Origin: Lingula anatina
Lineage: Eukaryota > Animalia > Brachiopoda
Direction of reading: 5' to 3'
Length of the DNA stretch: 64,000 nt
Assembly: GCA_051362555.1 (NCBI GenBank)
Contig: CM120642.1
Location: 21,018,001 to 21,082,000 of the forward strand
A program made the position numbers and the translations under genes. The stretch's first letter is position 1; each line of letters starts with the position of its first letter. Of the stretch, positions 24,926 through 38,692 are shown in pieces. Under the pieces are notes generated by a model. It was not told the origin of the DNA and ran no database searches. It saw only the letters and a list, made by a program, of their open reading frames with translations.

Positions 24926-27900
24926 CATATATCAGAAAATTATTGATCTGTGTTTGAACTTTGCCTGAGTATGAGCGATATTGAAAACTGATGGGATCAT
25001 TTGTGTGTTGAAAGTAGTTGTTCTTGCTAATGTTCAGGACATTCCTTCCTCTACGGGCCTGATATACATGAGTCAAAGTGGCTGCACTGTGAAAGATCTC
25101 ATTCGCATGGAAGGCATCATCCTAGGTAAACTCGGCTGGAATCTACATGCCTCTAACTCTCTTACCATTTTGGCAAGGTTGTTTGATATATTAGCTGAGA
25201 GATTTCCAGATCATCTAGATAATGTGCTCTTACATATGGTGATTGCCAGATTAGAAGTTTGCATGGGTTACTTCCAGCTTATAAAACATCAGGTGAGAAT
25301 TGGGATACTAAAATATTGAATTGTCACTTTTTAATAACTATTTTAAACTTATGCAAGTGTAATACTCGTTTCGATCTCCAGGAATGAAATTAGTATCATA
25401 TTTTTGAAAAGAATTTATAGATTTAATAAGATGGATGTTAATGCTCATTAAGATGCCATATATTAGACATACAGATTTGGCCTACCCACTTATTAATATG
25501 GTGTGCACCATTAGAATCTTTGTATGCCTTACAAATTAAGAATTACAAACCACTTAATGTTTAAAATTATGAATCTAAGACTGATTAAGTTGTATGTTAA
25601 GTCCTGCCACTATCATGTTTTCAGGCTGCCACCACAGCCCTGTCTGTGCTAAGTTGTGTTCTAGAGGACACCCAGATAGAACCAAAGGATCTCTGGGCAG
25701 CTGTGATAGAACTGCAGATATACTGCCAAGTAAGAAGTAGCACTGTTTATTCTATGTAGGGCCCACCAAAGCACAATATAAAAATTTGGTATTCTGCCTT
25801 TAACCAGTACAATGTACTGCAAAACATTGCATTTGTTTTGTTAAAATTGATTTGATAGACATGCTTGATTTACTGCATGCATCACCTGTTTTCTGCATGA
25901 TTCACATGGTGTCTCATCAGTGTAAGAGGGGACATTAAATGAGGTTGCCATCTCGAATTTGCTTGAAACACGAATATGCAAGAGAATTTTCTGAAATTAA
26001 ATTGGAAACAGGTTGTCAAAAGTTAATTAGTACCCAGATTAAATGTTTTTATGTATTGTGGGCTGTTGTGTCTTTACATAATTCAGCCTTAAAAGAAATG
26101 TTTAAATGCTGTGTTTTCTGTATGTAAGTGATCATGTTAAAGTTCTAGTCTTTTATAGCTCGATCTAAGGTTATTTCATTGAAGTGAACAATAATTTGCA
26201 AACATTTCAGAACTACCAAGATGTGTCACTTTTTTTGAAGAGACATTGACTTTTATTTTTCAGATCAGTGACTGTGATTTTATACACTGCCGTGGCTTGG
26301 TAGCAGATTACTTGGACCTGTACTACAGCTGTCCCCCTACTACCCCCTTGTGGCGTATATCTCACAAATCACATTCCTTTGACAAAAGGAGACCAGGTAC
26401 TTATTCTTACACTGACCTTCCAAATATCACAGAGGGGGACAGCGAAACAGAGGGAGCAACTGAGTCAGGGGATATTGAAGTAGAGGGAACCAGTGCGTCA
26501 GAGGACAGTGAAGTAGCTGCTGAGGAGGAGAAGGAAGAAGGTTGCCTCACTGGGGACAGTGGGATGGAATGTGAAGGGTAAACCAAGATTTAATACTTCT
26601 TCACTTGTCATTTGCATTGTTTGAATACATCTCCTCCAAGTGAGATGTTAATTGAGTTTTCATCTGGTTGGGGTCTTGCATAAGCAATTCACCTAGGCAG
26701 ATGTGTCTGTACAGAAAGCGTTCACCTGCGTCTGTCATCACCATTGCCGTGGGGGTGCACTTTCAGTGAAAACTCTTAAGTTCAAAACTGTTTTACCTTT
26801 TATCTTCAAACTTATTGAACCGTTGAATATTTATAAAGACAGGTTGAGTTCGAAGATCAGGCCATTTTTTGAGAAGTTTTTTTTTTCTCGCCTCTGATCA
26901 TGGTAGACATGGCAATGTTTAAAAAAATGAAAAAAAAAAACACGATATAGCAGCTTAGACTGAACGGTGATCAAGCATGATACTGTTAAGTTGAGATGAC
27001 TTGTATTATTCACAATGGCGAGATACCATATATGAAAATTCACAAAACAAAAGCCAGACACTTTTGCTGACCGATCCCCTTCTTCCCCTGGGTTTTTTTT
27101 TCCCCCTTTGGACTTGCAGCTGATGAAGGTCGCTTGTTGACCGGAAAGTGTTTTCTGTAACCAGTCCACCCTTCCCCTTCCCCTGACAGGCAGTGCCACT
27201 ACACTGCCGTGTCTAACACAATCAGAGGTGAGATGCCTCAATTGTATCAATCATGGAATGCCCTTTAAAGGGCACCCTATATATCAGTACGGAAATCTCA
27301 TACTATGTAGGCGATATACCTACATTTCTATCAAACACATCTTTTCTCATTATAAAGGCAAGAAGACTAATACACTCTAGGAGATCTATACAAACTTACC
27401 TGCAAACTAACAAAAAGTGCCAATATATCCTCCATTACACATACTACAAGATAAAATTCATTTACTCAAATAAAACAAGATTTGTAAAGTTTTGTGGGAG
27501 AGAGAGTCAGATTTTCATGTTACACCAGTTCAATCTAAATAGCTAGTTCCACTTATGCCTGCCACTTGATTGAAAAACAATTTGTAGCCCTGACAACAAA
27601 CTGATTACTTGAAAGCTGCAGACTTATCTTTTGTAGTCTTTATTTCGTTAGCAGTCTGTACTGCTAGAACATGTTAGAGTATTATTAATTAAAATTCAGT
27701 GGTTAGGTCCTGTTACAGTGTAGTTTTATTCAACTTTGATGCAGATTGAGATTTTTTTTATATAAAACCCGGCTCGTGTCTGTTTATACAATTTCAAATT
27801 GAACGATTTATTTCTAAATGTCTGACCAGCTGATTTTATTTGAATAATATTTTGACAAGTATTTGATATAACAGCAGCATGTTTAGTAGATGTGCTCTTG

Positions 27901-28118
27901 TTCATTTTCCCTAGCTTGACTCCACAGTCTCCTCAAAAGCCTTTTAATTGCATTTTTTATAATTTCTTTTTCTTACTAGGTCCACAGACACCAGTTTCAG
28001 TGAATCAAACAGTGCACAAGAGAACTATGAACAAAACAGTGAAAAATACTTCCAGATTTCCAAGTTAACCTCCAAGCTGCAGACCTTGCCTGGCTCTCTA
28101 TCTCAGTCACGTTTGTAG
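21296..28118 (+). CDS. CCNG2: Cyclin G (co-ortholog of vertebrate CCNG1/CCNG2; ~410 aa)
   Basis: Exons 21296-21400 (start and donor less certain), 21607-21711, 22610-22744, 24532-24606, 25038-25292, 25625-25729, 26264-26577 and 27980-28118. Motifs: FYDFSPETLALAVNLLDRFLGKVKAHPKYLHCITTSCYYIAIK, SQSGCTVKDLIRMEGIILGKL, and an acidic tail with TDLPNITE. It lies head-to-head with cyclin I, like vertebrate CCNI-CCNG2. Confidence 0.85.
21895..21945. repeat. (TA)n microsatellite
   Basis: Directly visible in the sequence. Confidence 0.9.
22289..22450. mobile_element. Truncated copy of the TTAA MITE
   Basis: ttaaagggataataactct...ttttggccaaaaaatgaattttcctggagtaaacaaca matches 743-890. Confidence 0.7.
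24370..24531 (+). repeat. 54-bp tandem triplication of a cyclin G splice acceptor region
   Basis: attgtcctctcttccag ends at 24423, 24477 and 24531, each followed by gcaca or gctca. Confidence 0.9.
24881..24923. repeat. (TA)n microsatellite
   Basis: Directly visible in the sequence. Confidence 0.9.
26695..26900 (+). mobile_element. 5' fragment of a related HINE-like element
   Basis: cagatgtgtctgtaca...cacctgcgtctgtc...gtgcacttt...caggttgagttcgaagatcaggccatt resembles 2965-3180. Confidence 0.55.
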
Positions 28119-29584
28119 CCAGAACTGGCAACTCAAAACGGACAGTGACTTAAAGATAAATGTGTAGAAACAGGAAATGAGTTTTGTGGTAGTTTTTAAT
28201 TTGGAACTGGAACCATTTTAATATTATGAGCAACTACAAGTTACCTTTTGGTGTCAGTTTTAAAGAGCCATTGTTTGTTAAACTTGAGGTATTTTCAGTT
28301 CCCCCACAGTTTAACTGATGCTGTGTATTCACTTGAGAGTGACTTTACTGTGTTATAGGCAGAAAAGAAAATTGACCTTTTTATGTGAAGAAAACTTACC
28401 AATACAAGTACTTACAGGGACAGCAGGTTAAAGAGTGTGCACCTGCCATTTCATTTGTCATAGTATAGCTACATGTGAAGTTTTGGCAGTTTGGGAGGCA
28501 TCTTAGGTAATATTGTCTGAATTTGTCTAATTTCCTTTTAAGATAGCCTGTATTTATCAAGTAAAATGCAAGTAACACCAAGTCAATAATTTGGGGTGGG
28601 GGTGATTTTTTTTCTAATTCCATGGATTTATGATTATTATTTGTTCACAATCACATTTATGAGCATTTTTTAATTTGGAAAATTCTGGCTTAGTTCAAGT
28701 GCAGTAGAATCATCTGTACGGCTAATATACAGGTCAAACTTTTATGCATTGTTACTAGAACATGGTAGACTTTATTATCCACAACTATATTGGATATTGT
28801 CTAGTCTTCTACATTACACAGCTAATGATGAGTAGTTTTAAGGCTTTAAATGTCAAACATTGCTGTAGTTTTAATTTTAATTGGGACCAATTTCTTTGAT
28901 GTAGCAAATTGTTATGTTTGTAGTCTTAATATCCTCATTATTTTCAGCATTGTAAATGTATTTTTATTGTAAACATTTTAAGTGGCCTTCATAATTGATG
29001 GGCCAGCAAAAACCAGCTGTGTTCAAATTAAATTATATTTTATAACTAAATATAGAAGTTTTAGATTTTGTATTGTAAATATAAGGTATTCAGAATATTG
29101 CATTTATGACTTCTTTGCTTTCATGCCATATATATATCCTCTCAGGTAGGGCTGTTTGGTATAATATTATGTTATACATCATTCTGGTTAAAAGTTAGAT
29201 TGTCATGATAGCAATAAAGAATTTCTGTCAAATGTTGGTCAACAGAAAAATGTATGGCCATTCAGCCTCTGTTAAGCACTGCATGTGCAGAGAGGTGTTC
29301 ATGGGATTTTTTAAATTATATTTGATTGTACATATTTGTAACAAGCTCAGTAAGATTGGAGGAGTTGTGCTGTTTTTGTATTGAATGCATGTAGACCTAA
29401 TGTGTTTTGTGTATTTTTATCATAAATAACGCTGATTTTGCATAAATAATGCTGATTTTGTATGACATTGGTTTTATATAATCTGTATGTTTTATTTGTA
29501 TCAAACTTCTAATATAAAGACATGAAGGCTAAATTATTGTAAATTCTCTCAGATTAAAAAAGCAAATATCTGACCACTGCTGAG

Positions 29585-29607
29585 TATATATATATATATA
29601 TATATAT

Positions 29608-29652
<45 letters not shown>
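29585..29652. repeat. (TA)n followed by a ~43-nt poly(T) run
   Basis: Directly visible, between the cyclin G and HS2ST1 3' ends. Confidence 0.9.
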
Positions 29653-30439
29653 CATTTAACTGTATACCTTTGTAAATGACGTCTTTCTAAATGGCCTGCA
29701 GGGTTTACTCTGGGTATTCAATAGTTTATCATTCTAATCTCAATGCATAGAACCAGGATTCTAACACTTATGGTGTATTCTAAATGCCTATAGTAATATT
29801 GATAAAACAATTATATATTACAGAACCAGAATGCTAACAGGAATGACTGTCATTTAGTGAAAAAGTTGTAATATATGACCTGAGGTCCCAAAATGTTGGC
29901 TGATGGTTGGAACACTGTCATCCCTGTGTGTATGCAATTTCAGATGACAGCACTGAAATAAAAATGCCCATTCTTACAAAATTGTTTATTTCCTTAGAGC
30001 TGAAAATGCCTTAAATTGCACCTTAAATCCGTGAGAGTGACAGCTGAAATTTAGTGTCATTCAGTGCACCTGCAGGGTGCACTTTGTGGAAACGTTGAAC
30101 ATTTTAAAACAAATGTCCTATATATATATAAAAATATGTGAGATGTTACTATTTTGACACTGCACTCTCCTTTGCAAACTTTACTAAACTTCACCTCTTC
30201 CACAATTTTCTCCCATTCTCTCTTACACATACTACTCCATAATGCTTCAGCAGAGTTCCCCAGTACATCCTTACTTACCCCTCCCTTCCTCTTTGTTTAT
30301 CGTTACTTACTCTCTAATAATTTAGTCAAAACCTTAGCCAGACAACTGCCAGCTGATTATGTCAGTTACACCCATCCATTTCCAACTTGACCTGTTTCAA
30401 AGCACTTTGCTAAAACCCTCTGTCCTACCTCCACTTGGA

Positions 30440-33400
30440 TCACCTGGGTCTGATTTTCTCATAAAAAAACAATTGCTTAAATGGTTTTAAACTGTCACCT
30501 TGTAAAGTTTTACTTTTAATAAAATGAAACTGTTTCTTAGCAAATTCATAGAAATCATGTTCCATCTTCCATATGTTTGATTCCTGTATCTTAGACACTG
30601 TTTCTTCTGAGGGAGGTTTTTTATTTGTCGTTTTCCTGAGATGAGATTTTTCTCCTGAAATGTGAGGCAAAACCATCTAATTACTTATCGCTTCATATCA
30701 TGTGCAAATTTTTGTAGAAAGACACATTTAACAATGAATGTTACTGTATTATGCACAAAGTTAAAAAAGGGGGAAAAATACTCAGACAAAATATCATCGA
30801 TGACAGAATTAGTTTTGTATATTGAAAGAATACATTTCATACAAAGTTGTTTTAAGGCTGGGTCACACTGCGCTTGCAACCTTTTGGCAACCTCTTTGCA
30901 ACCACAAAATCTGGTGGTCGCTTGCGATCACTTTGCGACCTAATTTGCATATTTTGATCGGCAAGCAGTTGCTAACCGGTTGCAACAAGGTTACAGTATG
31001 GTATCTGCAACCTCTTACAGACAATCTTCAAGTCAGAGGTTACCAGTCGCACACCGTTAGGCGAGCGATAAACAACCTGTCAGCAACCACTTGGAGACTG
31101 AAAACCGGTTGCAGGACTGTAGCGATCGCTTGCCAACTGGTAGCAGCAAGGTTGCACAGACTATATATATTTTATAAGTTGTGACGATAGCTACCTTCTC
31201 GTAAATTTCCCTCTCGGATGACAACAGAGGGAATATTTTAAACATTATTATACAACGATTGGATCCGTTCCGTAGCAGCTTCAAATGATTTAATATTTTG
31301 AATATTAAAGTATGATTCTGCTATGAGATTCTGTTATAACGTCACAGTCGATTTCTGTACTACCAATATTGTCAAACTTACAATAATAAATAAGAAATAT
31401 ATTTGTACTATATATTGGCATTTATATCAAACCAGTGGTGTAATAAAACACATATTTGGATGTTTTTTCAGCCTTATTAATGTAATAATAGGCATGCATA
31501 GTTTCTTTTTTCAATACTTGGTATCTTTGAGGTCGCAAGGCCTGTGCAGTTATGGTCACACTGAACATAAAACCTCCTTGCGACTTGCAACTGTCACCGG
31601 TTGCAGAAAGGTGGGCGACAAGTTGCAACAACTCGCAAAGTGGTCTCCAAATGAACGCTGGGTTACTATCCGGTCGCGCCGGTTTTCGGTGCAGCACCGA
31701 AAACCTCCTGGCGACCGAAAAGCCTATTTGTGGTATCCAACCGGTTGCTAAAAGGTCGCCGACTGCTTAGCAACTGATTTGCGACCGATTGTGTGGTTTT
31801 CCCTTTGTCTTTGTAGCCCCAAGCGTTACACTTACAATACAACATCTTTAAATAGTGAAGGATCCTGCGCGTCATCAATTTGTTTCCGTCCTTGTGGTAC
31901 GAATTCTAAGTACTGGGAGGAAGTTAATTTGTATTTATTTGACCTTCTTTATATTGGTGACACTGTTTTACTGTTATAAAAATGCCTGACAATTAAATTT
32001 ATTGTAAAAAGAATGAATCAAACTTTGCTATTTACTTTTTTCTCTGCGCCCGCCTATTTGCTTAATTTTTCTTCCATTGTGACTTGGCAAATTATGACTT
32101 GGCAAATTAAAAAGTAAGATATTTCCGGCTGCTTTAGTCATTAAAAATGTTTCCAGTAGATTTGACAACAATAGTTGTCAAAAATTAACCATGATATAGG
32201 AATGGATAAAAAGATAACAGTTTATCGTTTACATTGTGATAATCATTATTGATTGTTTTGGCACTTTATTTGATTTGTTTTTAAAGTCTTTCAATTGTTG
32301 GTTATAGAAAAACTCGTTTTCCTTAAAAAAAATCAACTAATTCTTATTCCTCTTTAATAGTAAATTTAGGCTCCCTGTCTCCTCCGCGTTCATCATCTTT
32401 CGGTTGATCCTCTTCGTGGGAAGCAGAGTCTGTGTTGGAACTTTGTGAAGAACTTTCTTCACGGGCATTTGCTTTCTCAAAATACATTCTGGCCACCCTT
32501 CCCACGCTGTTGGATGACATACTGGGGACTGAAGACACGGGCTCAGCGGCTTCTATTTACAACACTTTTAGTCAAGTATGGTGGCTGATAGGGACTCATA
32601 CATTTATTTATTTTATTGAAAAAAAATACTTATGAAAACCTTGTAAATAAATTTAAAAGGATGACAACAAATACAATCTACGTTTTAATTGAGAAATAAC
32701 GATTTTTGTCAAGGTATTTAGAAAGCCTTAATGGCATGATATAAATGAAAAATATATTTATATATTTAGTGGCCACCATCCTACGCTTATTTTATCACGG
32801 TTGCTTGCGACCTTCTCGCGACATGTTTTCGAGTGCATGCGAGCTGTAAGAAACCTGTTAGAGACCAAGCGACTAAAGACCGTTAATCGACCATGAAGTT
32901 TCAACTGCAACCTCCTTGCGACCTGCTGCCCACCGCTTGCAACCGGTTAGTAACCTATTTGCAACTAAGCGACTAAAGACCGTCAATCGACCGTGCAGTT
33001 ACAGGTGGTATGCGACTGGTTTTAGTCTGGTTACAGCGACCTACTGGCAACCAAGAGGAGACCTATAGGCAACCTCTCAGTTACCAATCGTTTTCATTAT
33101 CAGTCGCACTGGTTGTCGGTGCCAAAAAAATGGCCTTCGTGTGTCAACGATCGCAGGCGACCTGTTTGCAACCTAATGCGACCACTTTAAAACCTAGGGC
33201 AACCTCCTTGCGACTGAGGTTGCAAAGAGGTTGCCAAAAGGTTGCAAGCGCAGTGTGACCCAGCCTTTAGTTTGTGCACACACAAGCCTTAAGATCAGAA
33301 AGTGTTCATAAAGCCTTCCATGCATTCCTGACTGAATTTATGAAGAAAACTGCTGGGTGGATTGGTAGGTTTCTGACTCACAATAAAACTTGTGCCATTA

Positions 33401-36400
33401 AAAGGTCTTGGCAAATATCAATTTCAAATGAATTTCTGTGAAACAGGTTTCACTGTGGTAAACATACCTGAGATAAACATATCAAGCGCTCCTTTAAACA
33501 TCCTTGGCAGAGTGGCCTCCAGCACCGCCACAAACTCCTCCAGTTCTTCTGTGATGCCTACGACCAGGTAATTGTTAACTAGATTGTACTTGGCCATCTG
33601 GAGAGCCCACTCATTGCCAGGGACCCTGAATAATATTATATTTCCTTACTTTTTATCATTGTCCTTGCAATTATAATAACTAAATCTTATTGTCTTTAAT
33701 CGTTTTTAATCGGTGCTCATTTTAAAAGAAAAAAACATCCATTTATCAGAAAAATTACTTTGCATTATTCTCCCAGGTAAGCTGTTAAATAGCTGCTCTT
33801 GATCCATTGCAACAATTATCTGGCGTCTGTCCACTGGAAACATCCAGCCAATAAAACACACCACACTTACCAACACTCTGCTGCATGTCCACAGAAGAAA
33901 GGAATCTGTAACCACAAGTTGACAGGATCACAATCATTGCCATCCTTGGCCACACACTGGTCAAATGTCTAGAAAACAAAATAGTTGCTGTCAATGACAT
34001 TTTAGCTCATCATGTCAGCATAACTAAGACTGCTAATTAAAAACAAGGCAGCAAAGCTGTCAAATGTACAGACAAAAAGCAGACAATAACAATGCACAAA
34101 ACAGGCTACTGTCAATTCTGATGCAAAAGTACATTATGCTTAACTGCAAATTCAACATCAAATTTTAATTATGCTCAACAGGTAATACCAATGTAAGTTA
34201 AATGTGTAACAAGCGTAAGGCTTCAGGCTCATGGGAGTTTAAGTTCACACTTTGAAAATGCCAGAATGAGAAAAATGAAAATTTCACATAAAACTGCTTA
34301 AATTCAATAATAAATGATAACCCATTTGAGCTGGCTTTCTAATTTGAACTGCATGCCAATCCTACAAATCATACTTGTAAGTTGAAAATAATAATAAGTA
34401 ACATAGTTTTCTTTTCATAATGTTTGTAGTAGCAGTGCAAAAAGATTTTTGTCAATTTTGATGTAACATTACAAAATAAATTACAGAATAATTATCACCA
34501 ATTTTTGATTATTGACTATAAATAGCATGGACATGTAGAAAATTTGATTACCATTTGGCTTCATGTCCATGGGAGCTTCGAGTCCCACAATGAATATGCC
34601 AACATGATAAAAATGAATATTTCCCTAAAATGTATAACTTCCAGAAAAAGAAGCCAATTAGGCTGCTTTTCCAACTCAGGCTGCATTTTAGTCCAGTCCT
34701 TTGTTTCTTTTTTGAAAGTTTGACAATCATAAGTAACATGGTTTTCCCATAATGGTCATCATGGCAGCAGCACCCAAAATTGTGTTTTCTTCTATTTTAA
34801 TGCAATATTACATAATGCTTAACAGCATAATGACCATCAGTTTTTAATAATAAAAGATCCGTATCGTGGATTTTCAGAAAATGTGACTAGCATGGGTCTT
34901 CAAGCCCGTGGAGGTTCTAAGTCACACCTTGAAAATGCCAATATGTGAAAAATTAAATTTTCACAAAAAACTGATTAACTGCCAAAAAAATTTACCAAAT
35001 AGTCTGCATTGCCCACTGAAGCTTTATTTAAGTCCCATGTTTCTTCCTGTAAGTTTGAGAACAGTAAGTGACATGGTTTTCCTTAAATGGTCATCATGGG
35101 AGCAGTGTCCAAAATAGGGGTGTCTTCAAATTTTGATGCACTATTACATAATGTTTAACAGGATAATTACCATCAATTTTTAATAATAAAATATTAGTAT
35201 CATGGATATTCAGAAAATGTTCCTAGCAAAGGTCTTCAGGCCAAAGGAACTTCAAAGTCACACCTTGAAAATGCCAAAATGTAGACAAGACAGCACTGTC
35301 TTGAAATGTTTTTTTTTCCATTTTTAACAATTTTTTAACATATAACAAAATTAACAATTTACTGCCATTTATATATGATCAACTATGAAAATTGATGAGA
35401 TGGGAAAAATATCAATAGAACAGTGTTTAATGTCCAATTTCCTCCATTCTGAGTTTCTGAACATAGTGAATGAATGAATCTGACAAACTGCAATGATATG
35501 AGTTTATTTCCATTTTTGAAACTCTATTATACAATACATGATAACAAGTTTACCATCATTTTTACATAATCAACTAACAATGTTGTAAAGATGCAGGAAA
35601 TGTCAAACAAACACTTTTACGAATCTTATTAGTTAAATAATGAGACTGTTAACATGCCTAAGAATTGAATCTGAGGAAATGTTTAAAAACAGCATAACTT
35701 ATAAAATAATGGCCCGATTATGCTGATTTTCGAACTTGACCTGCATTTTAGTAAGATTAATTACTCCTGTGAGTTTCATGACAACAGGTCTATCGGTTTT
35801 CCTTGAAATGTGTTAACAGTGTTGCACATATGCTGAAAAGTGAAAAAAACAGCATAACTACTAAAATAGTGGCCCGATCATGCCGATTTTCGAACTTGAT
35901 ATGCGTTTTAGTAAGATTAATTACTCCTGTGAGTTTCATGACAACAGGCCTATCGGTTGAAATGTGTTAACAGTGTTGCATATATGCTAAAAAGTGAAAA
36001 CACAGCATAAATACTACAATAATTGCCCAAACATGCTGATTTTCGAACTTGACCTGCGTTTTATGAATATTCATCAGCTCTGTAAATATAAAGCCAAAAA
36101 GTAAAACTGTCTTCCACTTATCGTGTTAACGATGAAAGTGCACGGCGACGGCGACGGCGACAGGGACGGCGACGGCGACGACAGACGCAGGTGATGGCAA
36201 TATGTACAGACACATCTGTGTCTGTACATAAAAAGAAAGCACAGGAGAGATCCCATAACCTCCAGCACATGCTTGTCAAAGAGCTCCACAAAAGATTGGA
36301 CAAGCAACGTTGCAAGTATTAAAACAAAAACAGCCAAGTTACAACCTCTACCTCCTTATCCCCTTGTTTCCTCCTCTTCAGGTGAGGTCTAAAATCATCT

Positions 36401-38656
36401 CCAAACCTCATGAAGTAGTAGTAAGAAATCAACCTGTCCAGAGGATCTCGAATTATGTTGATGTACACAGGGCGGTCTCTTATACCAAACCTGTAAAAAA
36501 TAATAAACAGATATATGTAGAAATAGATTTAATGACACATAACTTACACGAATGTCCATACAACTTTCAAGTCTTTAGACATGTTCGACATTTAAAAATG
36601 AAACACTTCCTCAGTGCTCTCTGTGTTATAAGGTAGTACTTGCAAACACTGATGTCAAATCATAACTGTGAAAAGTGATCTACCTGCCAAACTCCAGATA
36701 AGCCAGGTGGCCATGGTACAAGGCAGGCTTCATGCTGTTCCAGCGAGTGATGTTCTTCACAAACCTCAACTGAATAAGAACCAGAAGTTAGCATATGAAA
36801 AATCCTACCAGTAGATCTTCCAAAGTTTTTTTTAAACTATACATGTATGTAACAAGTTTAGCACTCCACTTCTATCATAACCAATTTAAAGTGATGGGCA
36901 GTTGCAGTTATTATTTTCTTTTTGCATAAAGTTGAAATCCAGCAGATGTTAAAAATGATGATTCTATGGCAGGGGAAAAATACTGTGGAATGTTCCCAAC
37001 ACATATTTAATTCCAGAAATCAATCCCAAGAGACAGGCTCACATTCAAGGCAAGGTGTGTGCTGGTTCACATCAGATTAACTCATGTGAAGTTCACATAT
37101 ATATAGTATTAATAATAAGTCAATTAAAATCATAGGTTGCTGTTAAAGAAATTTACAATTGTGAATAAAAACATTAAAAATATTTGTGCATTATGTTCAA
37201 AAAGTACAGGGAAATATCAGTACACTTCAGATTACATATTCAGATAATCTAATAAAAAAGAAGAAAGAAATGAAACAAAGAGAGATGTCTACCTGGTCTG
37301 CGAGGGACATAGTGTGACTATTCTTGCTGACATTGAGGTGTAAAACATGGTATTTATTCCTAGAGCACAAACTGTATGCTACTCCTGCAAACGACGTACT
37401 GCCAGTCTTTGGAACTCGGTTGTAAATCACCACCAGGTCATCACTATCAGCCACAGCCATCTACAATGTGGCACAATAACATAACAAAACAGAACCCAAC
37501 TAAAATAACATGATGACTATGTTGTTTGTACCACAAATATAAATACTGCATGGAAAAGTTATATTCCAAGACCCATCTTATACTCACTTTAATTAACAAA
37601 AGGATGATGAAAAATTCCTTTTTTAAACCCGTAACTTCTCAGACTCGTGTTCAAAAGCTGCCAGCTATAGTAAGCTTGTTCCTTAAGTCACATTCTCAGA
37701 TTCAAACTGTCAGAGATGCATAATTTCTAGTATGCTAATGTTATGGACAACTCACATCAACATCAGCATTTTCTACATCTGTCTGTTTCTTAAACTGTCC
37801 CCAGCTGACTCTGTCCACTTGGAGTTTAGCAACAGCTTGCTCTGAAATTTAAAATGATCATGTAGTACATCACAATAAAAAACTACAAAACAGACATTTC
37901 TCACTTAGAAATATTTATGCAAAGAACATGATTAATCTTGGATCTATGTCATATCATATTATTATATGGATGGTAGAGCAAGAAGTCCATCAACTTCAAA
38001 ATGAATCCATTCATTCAGTGGATGGATGTTCATTTAAAGAACACTCCTTTGTAACATAACAGAAATATTATGTGGATGTCACTCACACCACTTAAACCAT
38101 CATCTCCAGTACCTGTATTTCATCCAAGTTGTTAAAGCCAAACAAGGTAGGATTTCAAATGCATGAATTCTTAGTGCATGGATTGCTTCTTGTTGAACTT
38201 AGATGAGGACAATAAAAACTTTTAAAACATAAAATGACAGATAAATGGCCGTAATCAATATCACAAAATAATCATATTCACAGTCCCCTGTCCATCCTCA
38301 GTAGTCAGCCATCTTGACACAGTTTGAAAAGATCGCAATTTACGGTGAGAGTCTCGCAAAATCTGGAAGTCGAGTAAATTGAAATGAATGGCATATGTGA
38401 AATATCTGGACTTAAGCATGGGTTTTGATCACTGGATTTTTCCAAAATTGTTATAGAGCTATGGCCAGTGTCAGGAAAGGAAGATTAAAGGTTGGTAAAT
38501 CCAAGAAAAATGTCATTAAATAATTCGTTAAATATGAATTTTGGTGCCAAACCCCTCTTTTGTGTGCCTTTAATGTATGTATTACAAAACAGTGGAACTG
38601 AGTGACCATTGCTTCACATCACACTCAGAGTCAAGTCTGCAAACTGAGCCAACTAT

Positions 38657-38692
<36 letters not shown>

